Virus record (IMG/VR): IMGVR_UViG_3300042289_000986
Location: 147,588 to 211,587 of that record
DNA length: 64,000 nt
Strand: one strand, 5' to 3'
A program made the translations under genes and the position numbers. Shown piece after piece: positions 1 to 9,235 of this stretch. Under the pieces are notes generated by a model that did not search any database, was not told the origin of the DNA, and saw only the letters and a list, made by a program, of their open reading frames with translations. Every line of letters starts with the position of its first letter. Position 1 is the first letter of the stretch.

Positions 1-394
1 CTCTTTCTTTTATTCTATTAAATTTTAAATTCCATTTTTCTTCAAATGGAACTCTAGCAAGTTTATATCGAAATTCATCAAATGATAAACTATTTTGAGA
101 AACAAACTGATGTGTATTTTTTCGGTGCCAAGTACCTGGTGATGTAAAAGATAAATCTAGCATAACACAACCTTTTTCAATAAAAATTTTTTCACTATCT
201 TCTATGGGATTTAAATTTTGTGTATTAAGAGGATAGAATGATACATAATCAATATTGTCTTTAAAGTTATCAATTAAAAAATCATAAACTGGCCAATGAA
301 TATCATAACCTTGGTCGTGATAATATTTGGCAATAGGTAAACATATTATAATATCTCCTATTCTACCTGGTAATAAAATTCCTAACTTTTTCAT
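1..394 (-). CDS. Partial GT9-like (heptosyltransferase-like, GT-B) glycosyltransferase; runs off the window start
   Basis: Not in the ORF track. Manual translation from ATG at 394: MKKLGILLPGRIGDIIICLPIAKYYHDQGYDIHWPV...; the GRIGD-x4-LP N-terminus is typical of GT9. ATGA overlap with the upstream stop. Confidence 0.6.
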   Translation of the reverse strand, partial: MKKLGILLPGRIGDIIICLPIAKYYHDQGYDIHWPVYDFLIDNFKDNIDYVSFYPLNTQNLNPIEDSEKIFIEKGCVMLDLSFTSPGTWHRKNTHQFVSQNSLSFDEFRYKLARVPFEEKWNLKFNRIKER

Positions 395-1161
395 AGTTTT
401 AAATATTTTTCTTCAAGTTCTTTTTCGTTTTCTAATGGAATTAAAAATTGCCCATAAGGTTCTCTTTTGATTAAATTTTCAAAAATAAACTGTTTCCATT
501 TAATTGATAATGGATTTTTTTCCCATAGCTTACTATTATACACTGCTTCTGGACTTGTTTCACTCCATTTTATATCATGTTTTTCATGAGCAGCATAAAA
601 TTCTTTATTTAATATAATACATTTACTAAGGTTATACATTTTTAATGTAAATGCCACATCCCAAAGATGTTCTGCATAAATATATTTTTCAAAATGAATA
701 TTGTTAGAATTCCACCAATCTTTTTTGATTGCCCAAACATCAAAACCAGCTATTTCAATTCGATATGGTACAATATTTTCAAGTGATTGAATTGGGTGTG
801 TGTCATGACGAGACACACAATAAGTTTCATATTCTCCTGCTAAAACTAAATTTAAAAATTTTGGAGATAATAAAATATCACTATTTAAAAAAATAAAATA
901 ATCACAATTTTGTTTTGATAAAATATCAAAAAACTCTTTAGCTATTGGTTTTTGTGAATTAGAGTTATGAATAACATCTTTGGCCTTTTCATTTAACAAA
1001 GGTAAAGGAATAAATGCCTCGTCCAAATTTTTTTCATTAGGATAGAATATATTGTATAGTTTAACATTAGAATATTTTAAAGAAATTTTTTTTAAAACTT
1101 CTATACATTTTTGTTGTCTTGGACAAGTTCCAAAAATATTAATTCCTATCGCTATATTCAT
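391..1161 (-). CDS. Putative GT-A fold glycosyltransferase-like protein
   Basis: N-terminal IAIGI strand and DYFIFLNSDI (DxD-like) motif; lies in a GT cluster. Confidence 0.55.
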   Translation of the reverse strand: MNIAIGINIFGTCPRQQKCIEVLKKISLKYSNVKLYNIFYPNEKNLDEAFIPLPLLNEKAKDVIHNSNSQKPIAKEFFDILSKQNCDYFIFLNSDILLSPKFLNLVLAGEYETYCVSRHDTHPIQSLENIVPYRIEIAGFDVWAIKKDWWNSNNIHFEKYIYAEHLWDVAFTLKMYNLSKCIILNKEFYAAHEKHDIKWSETSPEAVYNSKLWEKNPLSIKWKQFIFENLIKREPYGQFLIPLENEKELEEKYLKL

Positions 1162-1945
1162 TTTTGATTGATTTTAAAAAATTAACTACATCTTCTTGGG
1201 TACTGTCTGGTATTTCATTAACCATAATACCATGTTTGTTTATAAAAAGCTGCCACTGTTCTCTAATTCTTTCTTCTCTAGAACCGTCTGGTCTTTCGGA
1301 TTGTAAACGACTTTTGGCGTTTTGGTTGTTTTCTATTAAATCATCTGAGTTTTTAAGATCAGGAAACCACCAAAAAGGAGGACAGTATTTTGTTTTTGAC
1401 TCTCGGTAAGCCATATCAATATCAAAGGGATCACGAAATTGGGTATCATATACGCCAACTTCGTCAAAACACGATGAATTGTGATAAGTGAATTCATTGC
1501 ACATGTTTTTATAAAAAGATATCCCAACATTTTCACTATAGTTAACTGTAAGTCTTGGGGTCCTATTATTTGGACTTCCAGAATCCCATGACATGCTGAC
1601 AAATGAAAAGTAATTTATGCCTGATGTTTTAGACGCTTCGATATATTTTTCAAATATATGTTCATTTTTAATGATCATATCATCTTCTATTAAGAAAATA
1701 TGCTTGCAGTTTCTATTTTTTAGAAAATTGATACAATCATTTCTACAAAAAGCTGGATAATAATTTTTGTGGTGTTGTATCCAGTTTGTATCATATAAAG
1801 ATTCATTATATCGTTCTCCTCCGTTTACTGTTACCAGTTCGTCTATTTTATTTTTAGGAAGCGAGTTATATAAATCTTTAAAATAAGATTCAGAATTGTA
1901 CGTAACGATACCTACACCTATTTTTTCTATTGGTTGTTTTTCCAT
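1139..1945 (-). CDS. GT2-family glycosyltransferase
   Basis: IGVGIVTYN start, HIFLIEDD motif, VGVYD motif; paralog of the adjacent genes. Confidence 0.75.
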   Translation of the reverse strand: MEKQPIEKIGVGIVTYNSESYFKDLYNSLPKNKIDELVTVNGGERYNESLYDTNWIQHHKNYYPAFCRNDCINFLKNRNCKHIFLIEDDMIIKNEHIFEKYIEASKTSGINYFSFVSMSWDSGSPNNRTPRLTVNYSENVGISFYKNMCNEFTYHNSSCFDEVGVYDTQFRDPFDIDMAYRESKTKYCPPFWWFPDLKNSDDLIENNQNAKSRLQSERPDGSREERIREQWQLFINKHGIMVNEIPDSTQEDVVNFLKSIKNEYSDRN

Positions 1946-2727
1946 ATAACTTTTAAGTTATCTAAACATTGTTTTTCTGAAAAATTTTTTTCAACAGGAC
2001 CATAACCTTGAACTACACTAAACCCGTTTTTAGAAATGAAATAATCTAAAGCTTTAATAAAAGTTTGTTGAAAGTCATTTTCGTTTCTTATTTTACTTTG
2101 TTGGTGATCTGGAACTATATCTTTTAAATAGTCGTTAGAATTTTCAATATCAGCAAACCACCTAAACGGTGGGTGATATTTTTTTTGAATTATTTGATAT
2201 GTGTGATCTACGTGCTCAAGAGCATTATAAAAATTTTCATCCATTAATCCAATTTTTTTAAGTACATCTATATGATAATAGCTAAATGCTCCTAGTAAAT
2301 TTGGATATAAATTTATTTTTGTGTTGTCTGGATAATTGACGGTTTTTCTAATTATTGGTGCGTTATTATAACCCAAGTTATGGTTACCATGAAGTCCATA
2401 ATTAAAGTGCTTAATACCTGTTGATTTCGATGCTTCGATATATTTTTCTAAAATTTCTTTATTTATAATTTCAATATCATCCTCCATTAAAAAAATATGA
2501 TCACATTTTTGATCAATTAAATATTCTAAAGCAATATTTTTTGCTTTAGCTACTCCTGATTTAGGAATGTTTGTATTTTTTTTATTTAGAGTAGAATTAA
2601 CCTTATTTTCACCATCATCTACTATAATTTTAATGCACTCTAAATCTAAAATAGAACTTTCAGATTTTTTGAAAAAATCTGGGCGGTCACAGGTTATTAA
2701 ACCGATTCCAATTTTTTCATTGTTCAT
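1927..2727 (-). CDS. GT2-family glycosyltransferase
   Basis: IGIGLITCDR, IIVDDG, GVAKAKN, HIFLMEDD, IGLMDENF..LEHVD: canonical GT2 motifs. Confidence 0.85.
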   Translation of the reverse strand: MNNEKIGIGLITCDRPDFFKKSESSILDLECIKIIVDDGENKVNSTLNKKNTNIPKSGVAKAKNIALEYLIDQKCDHIFLMEDDIEIINKEILEKYIEASKSTGIKHFNYGLHGNHNLGYNNAPIIRKTVNYPDNTKINLYPNLLGAFSYYHIDVLKKIGLMDENFYNALEHVDHTYQIIQKKYHPPFRWFADIENSNDYLKDIVPDHQQSKIRNENDFQQTFIKALDYFISKNGFSVVQGYGPVEKNFSEKQCLDNLKVIWKNNQ

Positions 2728-3481
2728 TTTTACTATAATTTTTTTGAATTTCTTCTAAAGATTTTAACAATTCTTCTCTGGGAACTGGTGCAGGTTCATT
2801 TTGTAAAGGTATATATTGATATTTGAACATGAAATAAGCATAAGACATGTGGACACTTTGATCAGCATTTAACATATCTTTGTAGTTTATTTTTTGGATT
2901 GTGCTACTTGATGAGTCTATATCTTTTTCAATAATAGGATGATAGTTATTTGGCGGATAAACTTTCTTTTCGCGCATTCTTAAAATATAATCAACAACAT
3001 CTAAATCTTTGGTATTAAAAAATCTTTCATCAAAATAGCCAACGTTAGAAACTATACCATTAAACAAATATATAAAATCGGCATTTAGTTTATTTGATAT
3101 TGATAAACTTTCATTTTTTTCTTCATCATCAATAGTTACAATGCTTTCAGACGGTCCCATCATAGCCCATGTTCCGAAAATTGAAGCTTTTTTAATTATG
3201 TTTTCAAAAACGTTTTCGTTTTTTATAATTTGATTTGAATTAATTAAGAAAAAATGTTTTAATCCTGCTATTCTAAATTGTGAAATGAGCCAATTACGTA
3301 AAGACGCAAACGGAACGCCATTTCCGTAAACTCTATAATTTTCTACGCTTTCAGGTATGTTATTTTTTGTATCAGAAACCACGAAGACTTTTAAATCTTT
3401 GGGAATGCTGTTATAACAATTGTTTAAATCCTCTTGCGTATAAACGTCTAATATTCCTATTCCTATTTCTTCTTTATTCAT
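2717..3481 (-). CDS. Degenerate GT2 paralog (lacks the acidic DxD motif)
   Basis: IGIGILDV, LRNWLI, HFFLINSNQ (in place of HIFLxEDD), VGYFDERF align with the neighbouring GT2s. Confidence 0.6.
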   Translation of the reverse strand: MNKEEIGIGILDVYTQEDLNNCYNSIPKDLKVFVVSDTKNNIPESVENYRVYGNGVPFASLRNWLISQFRIAGLKHFFLINSNQIIKNENVFENIIKKASIFGTWAMMGPSESIVTIDDEEKNESLSISNKLNADFIYLFNGIVSNVGYFDERFFNTKDLDVVDYILRMREKKVYPPNNYHPIIEKDIDSSSSTIQKINYKDMLNADQSVHMSYAYFMFKYQYIPLQNEPAPVPREELLKSLEEIQKNYSKNEQ

Positions 3482-4527
3482 ACTAATGAATTATACATTT
3501 CTTTTAAATATTCTACAACTTCTTTTTTATGATCAATATCTAAAGTATTGATATATTCTTCAATATCTTTTAATAAATCACCACTATTAAAGTTTTCTTC
3601 GTTTGAAATTTTTTGAATATCTTCTTCATTTTCAATATATTCTAAACGATATACTAAGGGATTCATGTTGTTAATTTTTGTGTTTAATCCCAATATAATA
3701 TCATGTTCTATTTTTAGATCGACAACCAATGCCACAATATTATTGTGTATAATTTTTTTAAGTTCTTCAACTTCATATTCATCATTAATTAGTTTTTTAG
3801 CCGATATTTTATAATGTTTTGGTGATAATGTGTTTTCAATAAAAGAAAAAGAATGTTTTTCTAAATCAAATATATAAATTCCTTTATCTTCTGCAACGGC
3901 TCCAAAATTTTGTTGATATGGACTTCCTAAATAAACTATATCACCTTCTTTATAGGTTCTGTGATCTCTTTTATGAAAATGTCCCGAAACAATCAAATTA
4001 GCTTTATTAAAAAGATTAGAGTAAGACAGTCCGTGATCACATTGTTTATAGTTATTCATATAAAATGAAACTATTTCAAAGTGACCAAAGATGATATCAA
4101 CTTTTTCTAATTTTTCAATATCATATCCCCAAGGAACAAATGTTATTTTTTTATTAAAATCAGTTTCTAAAATTAATGGAGTTTTATCAACAATTTTTAT
4201 ATTTTTCCAACCATCAAAAATAGATATTGAATTTATATTACTATCGTTTTTTAAAAAACTATCATGGTTTCCGGTGGAAATAATAATATTAAAATCTTTA
4301 AAATAATCAAAAAATTGTTTTGCAATAGATAAAGTCTCTACTGATATTTCATTTCTATTGTGAAATATATCACCAGGTATAAAAATATCATCAATTCCTT
4401 CTTCTAAGAATTTTTGAGATGCCCATTTTGCAAAATTTAAACTAACCTCATGCCACATTTCGCTGTCTTGGCCTAAACCGAGATGAATATCTGAAAAACT
4501 TCCTATTTTTTTGTTTTTTAGTTTCAT
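3478..4527 (-). CDS. gp47: Recombination endonuclease subunit (Mre11/SbcD-like, T4 gp47)
   Basis: Metallophosphoesterase motifs SDIHLG, GDIFH, GNHD, GHF, SGHFH, YLGSPYQ; next to gp55. Confidence 0.9.
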   Translation of the reverse strand: MKLKNKKIGSFSDIHLGLGQDSEMWHEVSLNFAKWASQKFLEEGIDDIFIPGDIFHNRNEISVETLSIAKQFFDYFKDFNIIISTGNHDSFLKNDSNINSISIFDGWKNIKIVDKTPLILETDFNKKITFVPWGYDIEKLEKVDIIFGHFEIVSFYMNNYKQCDHGLSYSNLFNKANLIVSGHFHKRDHRTYKEGDIVYLGSPYQQNFGAVAEDKGIYIFDLEKHSFSFIENTLSPKHYKISAKKLINDEYEVEELKKIIHNNIVALVVDLKIEHDIILGLNTKINNMNPLVYRLEYIENEEDIQKISNEENFNSGDLLKDIEEYINTLDIDHKKEVVEYLKEMYNSLV

Positions 4528-5261
4528 TCTAACAATCTATCTCTTTCTTTCATGATTCGAATATTATTATTTTTAAGCAAATTACTATATCCTTCTGACA
4601 TGGACATTAATTCTCTGCGATATTTTTCATGAGTTTCATGTATATGTTTTTCTTTTTTAATTCTATTTCGAAAAGCATTAAAAGCAATTCTTGTAAAATA
4701 TGAAAACGGATTGGTTCCCTTTTCTCTATTATATTTTTTAGATATTAAGGCTTTCATCATACGAATAATACCATCTCCAACCATTTCTTCTCTATAACTG
4801 TAATTAATAAAATTGGGAGCATAGCTTAATTTGTTTGAAATCTTACTAACCATTTCTGCTAAATCATTAGTCATTATACCAGATTCGTAAAATTTTACAA
4901 TTTCTTCATCAAACTTTTTAGGTTCAACGTAAAAAACTTTTTTATCCGGTTTTTTTTTGTTTTTTATTTTTTCAATTACTGGTTCTTCTTCAACCTCTTC
5001 CGCTTCTTCAACTTCTTCATCCTCTTCTTTTTCGTGGTCGCTTACAGAGTCAAACATAGAGGATGCATAACTAATATTTTCATCTAGATCTTCTTCTAAA
5101 GAAGAATCTTCGTTTTCATCAATAAAATCATCGTAATCAATAATTTTTTTCTTTCTTTTTTTAAAGAAAGAAGGTTTTGGTTTAATAACTTCAACTTTTT
5201 TATCTTTTTTTAATTTAGTTGTCTTGTTATCTTTTTTTAATTTAGATTGTTTTTTCTTCAT
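4524..5261 (-). CDS. gp55: Late-transcription sigma factor (T4 gp55-like) with a long charged N-terminal extension
   Basis: LSYAPNFINYSYREEMVGDG and NPFSYFTRIAFNAFRNRIKKEK are gp55 signatures. Confidence 0.9.
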   Translation of the reverse strand: MKKKQSKLKKDNKTTKLKKDKKVEVIKPKPSFFKKRKKKIIDYDDFIDENEDSSLEEDLDENISYASSMFDSVSDHEKEEDEEVEEAEEVEEEPVIEKIKNKKKPDKKVFYVEPKKFDEEIVKFYESGIMTNDLAEMVSKISNKLSYAPNFINYSYREEMVGDGIIRMMKALISKKYNREKGTNPFSYFTRIAFNAFRNRIKKEKHIHETHEKYRRELMSMSEGYSNLLKNNNIRIMKERDRLLE

Positions 5262-6663
5262 AGTTGTATTTTTCTGTATTATAGAGTTTTATGCGTTCGC
5301 TTAAATGTATTTGTCCATATTTCGTGTTATCTGCTATATCAAAAATAGTAGCCATTGTTTTTGTTGGGTGTAAACGCAATGCTCTACCTATTGATTGCAT
5401 AATTTTAATTTTTGCTTTTCCAGCAGATGCAAAAATAATGTTATGTAAATTTGGAATATTGATTCCCGTACTAAAAATTTTTGAAACAGCGACTACTATT
5501 ACATTGTTTTTTTTATTCATTAAATTTCTTACATTTTCTCTTTCTTCGATGTCGGTCGATCCTTGAATAAAATATATTGGTCTATTTTTCTCACAAATTT
5601 CTTTTAATTTTGATTCCAAATTAAGCCCATGATCAATTCTATCCACCATTATAATAGTATTGTTTGGTAGTCTATCGGCTAGTTTGGCAATAACTTCGTT
5701 TCTTCTTTCATTGTGCATTAAATATTCAATTTCTTGATTGTATGCTTCGGTTGGACGCTCTGTATTTACTTTAAACTTAGGAATATTACAATGTCGAATG
5801 TTTAAAATTACAATTTTAAAGTTTGAAACGTATTCTTGGTTTTTTAAATCTAATGTTTTTTCCTCGTAAACAACTGGACCAAGTTTTCCAAAAATATTCC
5901 ATTGATCAATGTTTGATGGTGGTAATGTTCCAGTAAAACCAAATTTAAAATCTGTATTAATTAAATTAAAAATTTTATTTATTTCGTTTCCTTTTCTTAA
6001 TCCGTGCGTTTCGTCCATTAATAATAGCTCGATGCTATCTAAAATTGATAGATCTGTCTTATTGCTTAATAGAATTTGTGTACCTGCAACTATAATTTCC
6101 GCACTTATATCTAATTGGTTACTTCCTGACCACTTTGTAACATTTTTTAAACCATAAGATATGAAATCCGAAGCCGTTTGTTCAACTAGTTGGATAGATG
6201 GTACAATTACTAGTGTTAATGCTTTATCATTTTCGATGTTTTTGCGAAAACTTTTTATAAGTCCTGCCATAATAAGAGTTTTTCCACCCGCAGTTGGAAT
6301 AGAAATCACACCCTTTCCTTTTTTTAAAGCATTAACAATTGATTTTTTTTGATAGTCTCTGTACGAAATTGATAATGTTTCTATAGTAGGATTTTTAAAA
6401 CCATTATTATTTTTTTTATAAAGAGATTCTTCAATATTATATTGAATTTGATTAGATTCTAAATATGCACATATATGATCCAATAGTCCTAATTCAAATT
6501 TACCTGATGGTGTAATGGCATGTAAACGATTTGGTATAAATTTTTTATTACTTCTATAAGCAGGATTTAAAATAGAAAAATACTCCCTCATTAAACTAAG
6601 GGTTAATACATCCGTATTAATTTGGACTTGCTTATTATTTTTTATAAGTGATAAATTGACCAT
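5242..6663 (-). CDS. uvsW: SF2 DNA helicase UvsW
   Basis: RDYQ, PTAGGKT, DETH, GFTGT, FSTGINIPNLHNIIFAS, QSIGRALR, FDIAD. Confidence 0.92.
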   Translation of the reverse strand: MVNLSLIKNNKQVQINTDVLTLSLMREYFSILNPAYRSNKKFIPNRLHAITPSGKFELGLLDHICAYLESNQIQYNIEESLYKKNNNGFKNPTIETLSISYRDYQKKSIVNALKKGKGVISIPTAGGKTLIMAGLIKSFRKNIENDKALTLVIVPSIQLVEQTASDFISYGLKNVTKWSGSNQLDISAEIIVAGTQILLSNKTDLSILDSIELLLMDETHGLRKGNEINKIFNLINTDFKFGFTGTLPPSNIDQWNIFGKLGPVVYEEKTLDLKNQEYVSNFKIVILNIRHCNIPKFKVNTERPTEAYNQEIEYLMHNERRNEVIAKLADRLPNNTIIMVDRIDHGLNLESKLKEICEKNRPIYFIQGSTDIEERENVRNLMNKKNNVIVVAVSKIFSTGINIPNLHNIIFASAGKAKIKIMQSIGRALRLHPTKTMATIFDIADNTKYGQIHLSERIKLYNTEKYNYEEKTI

Positions 6664-7061
6664 TATGTTGTTTCCATTACCATTATTTTAGTTGCATTTC
6701 CTAAATCAAATGTTATCGAACTCATAATTTTTTCTACTTTTTCCAAGTATTCAACTATGAGTTTTAATTCTTCTATATCTTCATCAATTTTTCTAATTGG
6801 TTCTGATGATTCTACTTTTAAATTTAAAGATGCTTTTGGAATTCCACTTGGTATTCCGTTTTTTTCTAAACTTTTTAAAACTTGCTCTTTTAAATCTTTT
6901 CTTTTACTTTCTAAATGATTTTTTTGTCTTTTATGATCAATAAGTCTAGACACCCATTTATGTTTTAAAGCGGGTAGCATAAGTTGCTTTTCTAAAATAT
7001 TAATTTGATCGAATTTAGTATCTTCAGCAATTTCTTCTTTGTATTTGTTGAATATATCCAT
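6663..7061 (-). CDS. uvsY: Recombination mediator UvsY-like
   Basis: Helical ~132-aa protein, EDTKFD...LPALKHKW pattern, adjacent to uvsW; start moved to ATG 7061. Confidence 0.65.
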   Translation of the reverse strand: MDIFNKYKEEIAEDTKFDQINILEKQLMLPALKHKWVSRLIDHKRQKNHLESKRKDLKEQVLKSLEKNGIPSGIPKASLNLKVESSEPIRKIDEDIEELKLIVEYLEKVEKIMSSITFDLGNATKIMVMETT

Positions 7062-7087
7062 AAATATAGATACTACGATTATACACA

Positions 7088-7345
7088 ATGTTTAACAAAT
7101 TTCAACAATTAGTTAGTGGATTATTAAAAGAAATGAATGTTTCTGGTGCTGGTGGATCTTTTGGAGCACCTGAAGCTGGATTTGAAATTAGTAATCCAAC
7201 GTCTTTAAATCCAGACAAAGGTTATACCGATAATATCAAAGCAGCCATGTCTACTGCTCAACCAAATAAAAAATCAAAAAAGAAAAAACAACCTAAAGGT
7301 GTTTTATATACAACAAGAAGAACTCTTAATAAAAAAGATTTATAA
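7088..7345 (+). CDS. Small hypothetical protein, possible internal head protein
   Basis: MFNKFQQLVSGLLKE N-terminus, basic C-terminus; TAAATA at 7061-7066. Confidence 0.55.
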   Translation: MFNKFQQLVSGLLKEMNVSGAGGSFGAPEAGFEISNPTSLNPDKGYTDNIKAAMSTAQPNKKSKKKKQPKGVLYTTRRTLNKKDL

Positions 7346-7785
7346 TGAATTTAGGTCATTGGGTTTTAAATGAAAACGTGGTCGTAGATGAAGAAACTTT
7401 TGGTTTTATATACGAAATAACAAACTTGATTACCAATAAAAAATATATTGGTAAAAAACAATGTTTTTCTAGAATTAAAAGAAAACCCTTAAAAGGTAAA
7501 AAAAGAAACAGAATATCTCAAACCGAGTCTGATTGGAAAAATTATACAAGTTCATCCAAAGATTTGAATGAAGACATTCAAAAATACGGAAAAGAAAACT
7601 TTGAATTTAAAATTTTAAAAACTTGCAACTCAAAGTGGGCTTTAGCGTATTTTGAAATTAAAGAACAAATTGAAAAAAATGTTCTTTTGCGTGACGATTA
7701 TTATAATGGAATTATAAATGTAAGAATTGGAACACCACCAAAAGAAGAATTGAATAAAAACAATCAAAATGGGGTAATTATTTAA
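7345..7785 (+). CDS. Stand-alone GIY-YIG nuclease domain protein
   Basis: FGFIYEITNLITNKKYIGKK; YTSSS; ENFEFKIL; YYN. Confidence 0.8.
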   Translation: MNLGHWVLNENVVVDEETFGFIYEITNLITNKKYIGKKQCFSRIKRKPLKGKKRNRISQTESDWKNYTSSSKDLNEDIQKYGKENFEFKILKTCNSKWALAYFEIKEQIEKNVLLRDDYYNGIINVRIGTPPKEELNKNNQNGVII

Positions 7786-7788
7786 GTT

Positions 7789-8328
7789 ATGGGCCACTGT
7801 ATTTATTGTAATTCGACTACGTATGGACGCCCATGTCTTTTTTCACCATCTAATACCCATGTTCATTTCGATGATCCTAACAAATGCATCTATTGTGGAT
7901 CAAAAAGTATAGGGAGCGGTTGTATCTATAATCCTCATGGCAAAATACATGTTAGAGGTCCTGAATTTTTAACTAACTCAAAAGATTATAGTAAAAAATC
8001 AGTAATTTTAAAATATCTTTTTGAAAACGTTAATGATTTTGGTAATCAACATTATACATCACCGTTAAACAGGTTTTATAAAAGACTTTGCCATATTATT
8101 GCAACAGCAAGTCAACCATTGTTAGAGGCTTTAAGTATTCAAATACGTCCTTCCTATACAGCATTAGACAAACAACAAACATTAAGAGTAAATGAAATTA
8201 AAAATAGGTTAAAGGAACAGTATGGTGAAATTTACGAAACGATTAAATATGCAAACTTGTCACTTCCACAGGAAATAGTGGAAGAAATCATTATAGATGT
8301 TATAATGGCCGACAGTGAAAAGAAATAA
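7789..8328 (+). CDS. Hypothetical protein with two Cys/His (Zn-finger-like) repeats
   Basis: CIYCNSTTYGRPCLFSPSNTHVH and CIYCGSKSIGSGCIYNPHGKIHV. Confidence 0.6.
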   Translation: MGHCIYCNSTTYGRPCLFSPSNTHVHFDDPNKCIYCGSKSIGSGCIYNPHGKIHVRGPEFLTNSKDYSKKSVILKYLFENVNDFGNQHYTSPLNRFYKRLCHIIATASQPLLEALSIQIRPSYTALDKQQTLRVNEIKNRLKEQYGEIYETIKYANLSLPQEIVEEIIIDVIMADSEKK

Positions 8329-8809
8329 AAAACAATATTTGGTATATTATCTTAAAGATAATATTTTAATATTGGATGTTTTTGAATATTTGGAAAGTCT
8401 AGCTTCAGATATTGTTGATTATTTGTTTGAGTGGCATTTAGTAAAAGAAAATAAAGTAAAATTTCAAAAAAAGTTAGTCTTTTCTTTTTTAAATCAGAAA
8501 ATAGAAGATGATATTTTGGTTTTTCAAAAAATAGCCAAAGATATTGATTGTTCTCTCTTATGTTTTTATAAACTTAATAACACATGTAAACAGTGGGAAC
8601 TTTTTTATGAAAATCCAAATAAAGTTATAAGTGTTTGTAAATCAATGCTTAAAAATAAACTTCCTAATTTTTTTGAAAATAAAAATGAAGATGTTCGTTT
8701 ATTTGAAAACATAAAAGGAACATTTAAAACTGTTCCGTGTTTAATTCCAACAGGAGAAGATGAATATTTTTTACAAAATTTTTTAAAAAAATTAAAAAGA
8801 GTATCTTGA
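8315..8809 (+). CDS. Hypothetical protein
   Basis: 164-aa ORF (GTG start) overlapping the upstream stop. Confidence 0.55.
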   Translation: MKRNKKQYLVYYLKDNILILDVFEYLESLASDIVDYLFEWHLVKENKVKFQKKLVFSFLNQKIEDDILVFQKIAKDIDCSLLCFYKLNNTCKQWELFYENPNKVISVCKSMLKNKLPNFFENKNEDVRLFENIKGTFKTVPCLIPTGEDEYFLQNFLKKLKRVS

Positions 8810-8834
8810 CAAAAGATATCCAAGTGGATAAAAT
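8806..8834 (+). promoter_or_regulatory. Sigma70-type promoter
   Basis: TTGACA (8806-8811), 17-bp spacer, TAAAAT (8829-8834). Confidence 0.6.
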
Positions 8835-8948
8835 AGAATGTCGTCTTTAAGTTTTCTTCTTTATTTAAAATATAATAAAGTAAAAGGTATTTAATTTATA
8901 TTTAAAATTATTCATAGGTTTTTTAAAAACATGTGTAAATATTAATAT

Positions 8949-9233
8949 ATGAATTATTTTTTAGCATTGGTTTGTGTGGCTTTTTTGTCTGGATGTGTGT
9001 GTTTAAACCCTGAACACAAGAAATTAGCACCACCTATAGCAAACACAAACAGAGTAATTGACTCGTTAGAACAAACAAAAGATGAGTTAACTAAAGCTGG
9101 TGATGCTAATACTATAGTTGGAACAAAGGTAGAAAGAGCTTTAACGTTAGCAGAACGCTTAGAGGTTATTCTTAAACAGATTGAAGAAGAAAAACAAACA
9201 TCAGAATCAAAAGAAGTTAAAAAACCTAATTAA
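8949..9233 (+). CDS. Lipoprotein, candidate outer-membrane spanin component
   Basis: Hydrophobic signal ending in lipobox LSG-C; helical C-terminal part; first gene of the lysis cassette. Confidence 0.6.
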   Translation: MNYFLALVCVAFLSGCVCLNPEHKKLAPPIANTNRVIDSLEQTKDELTKAGDANTIVGTKVERALTLAERLEVILKQIEEEKQTSESKEVKKPN

Positions 9234-9235
9234 TT

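Noticed and set aside
7345-7785. Mobile homing endonuclease or intron
   Set aside because: Free-standing, short, no interrupted gene or intron structure nearby; kept only as a GIY-YIG CDS.
8838-8894. 18-codon mini-ORF after the sigma70 promoter
   Set aside because: The ATG is only 3 nt after the -10 box, probably upstream of the transcription start.
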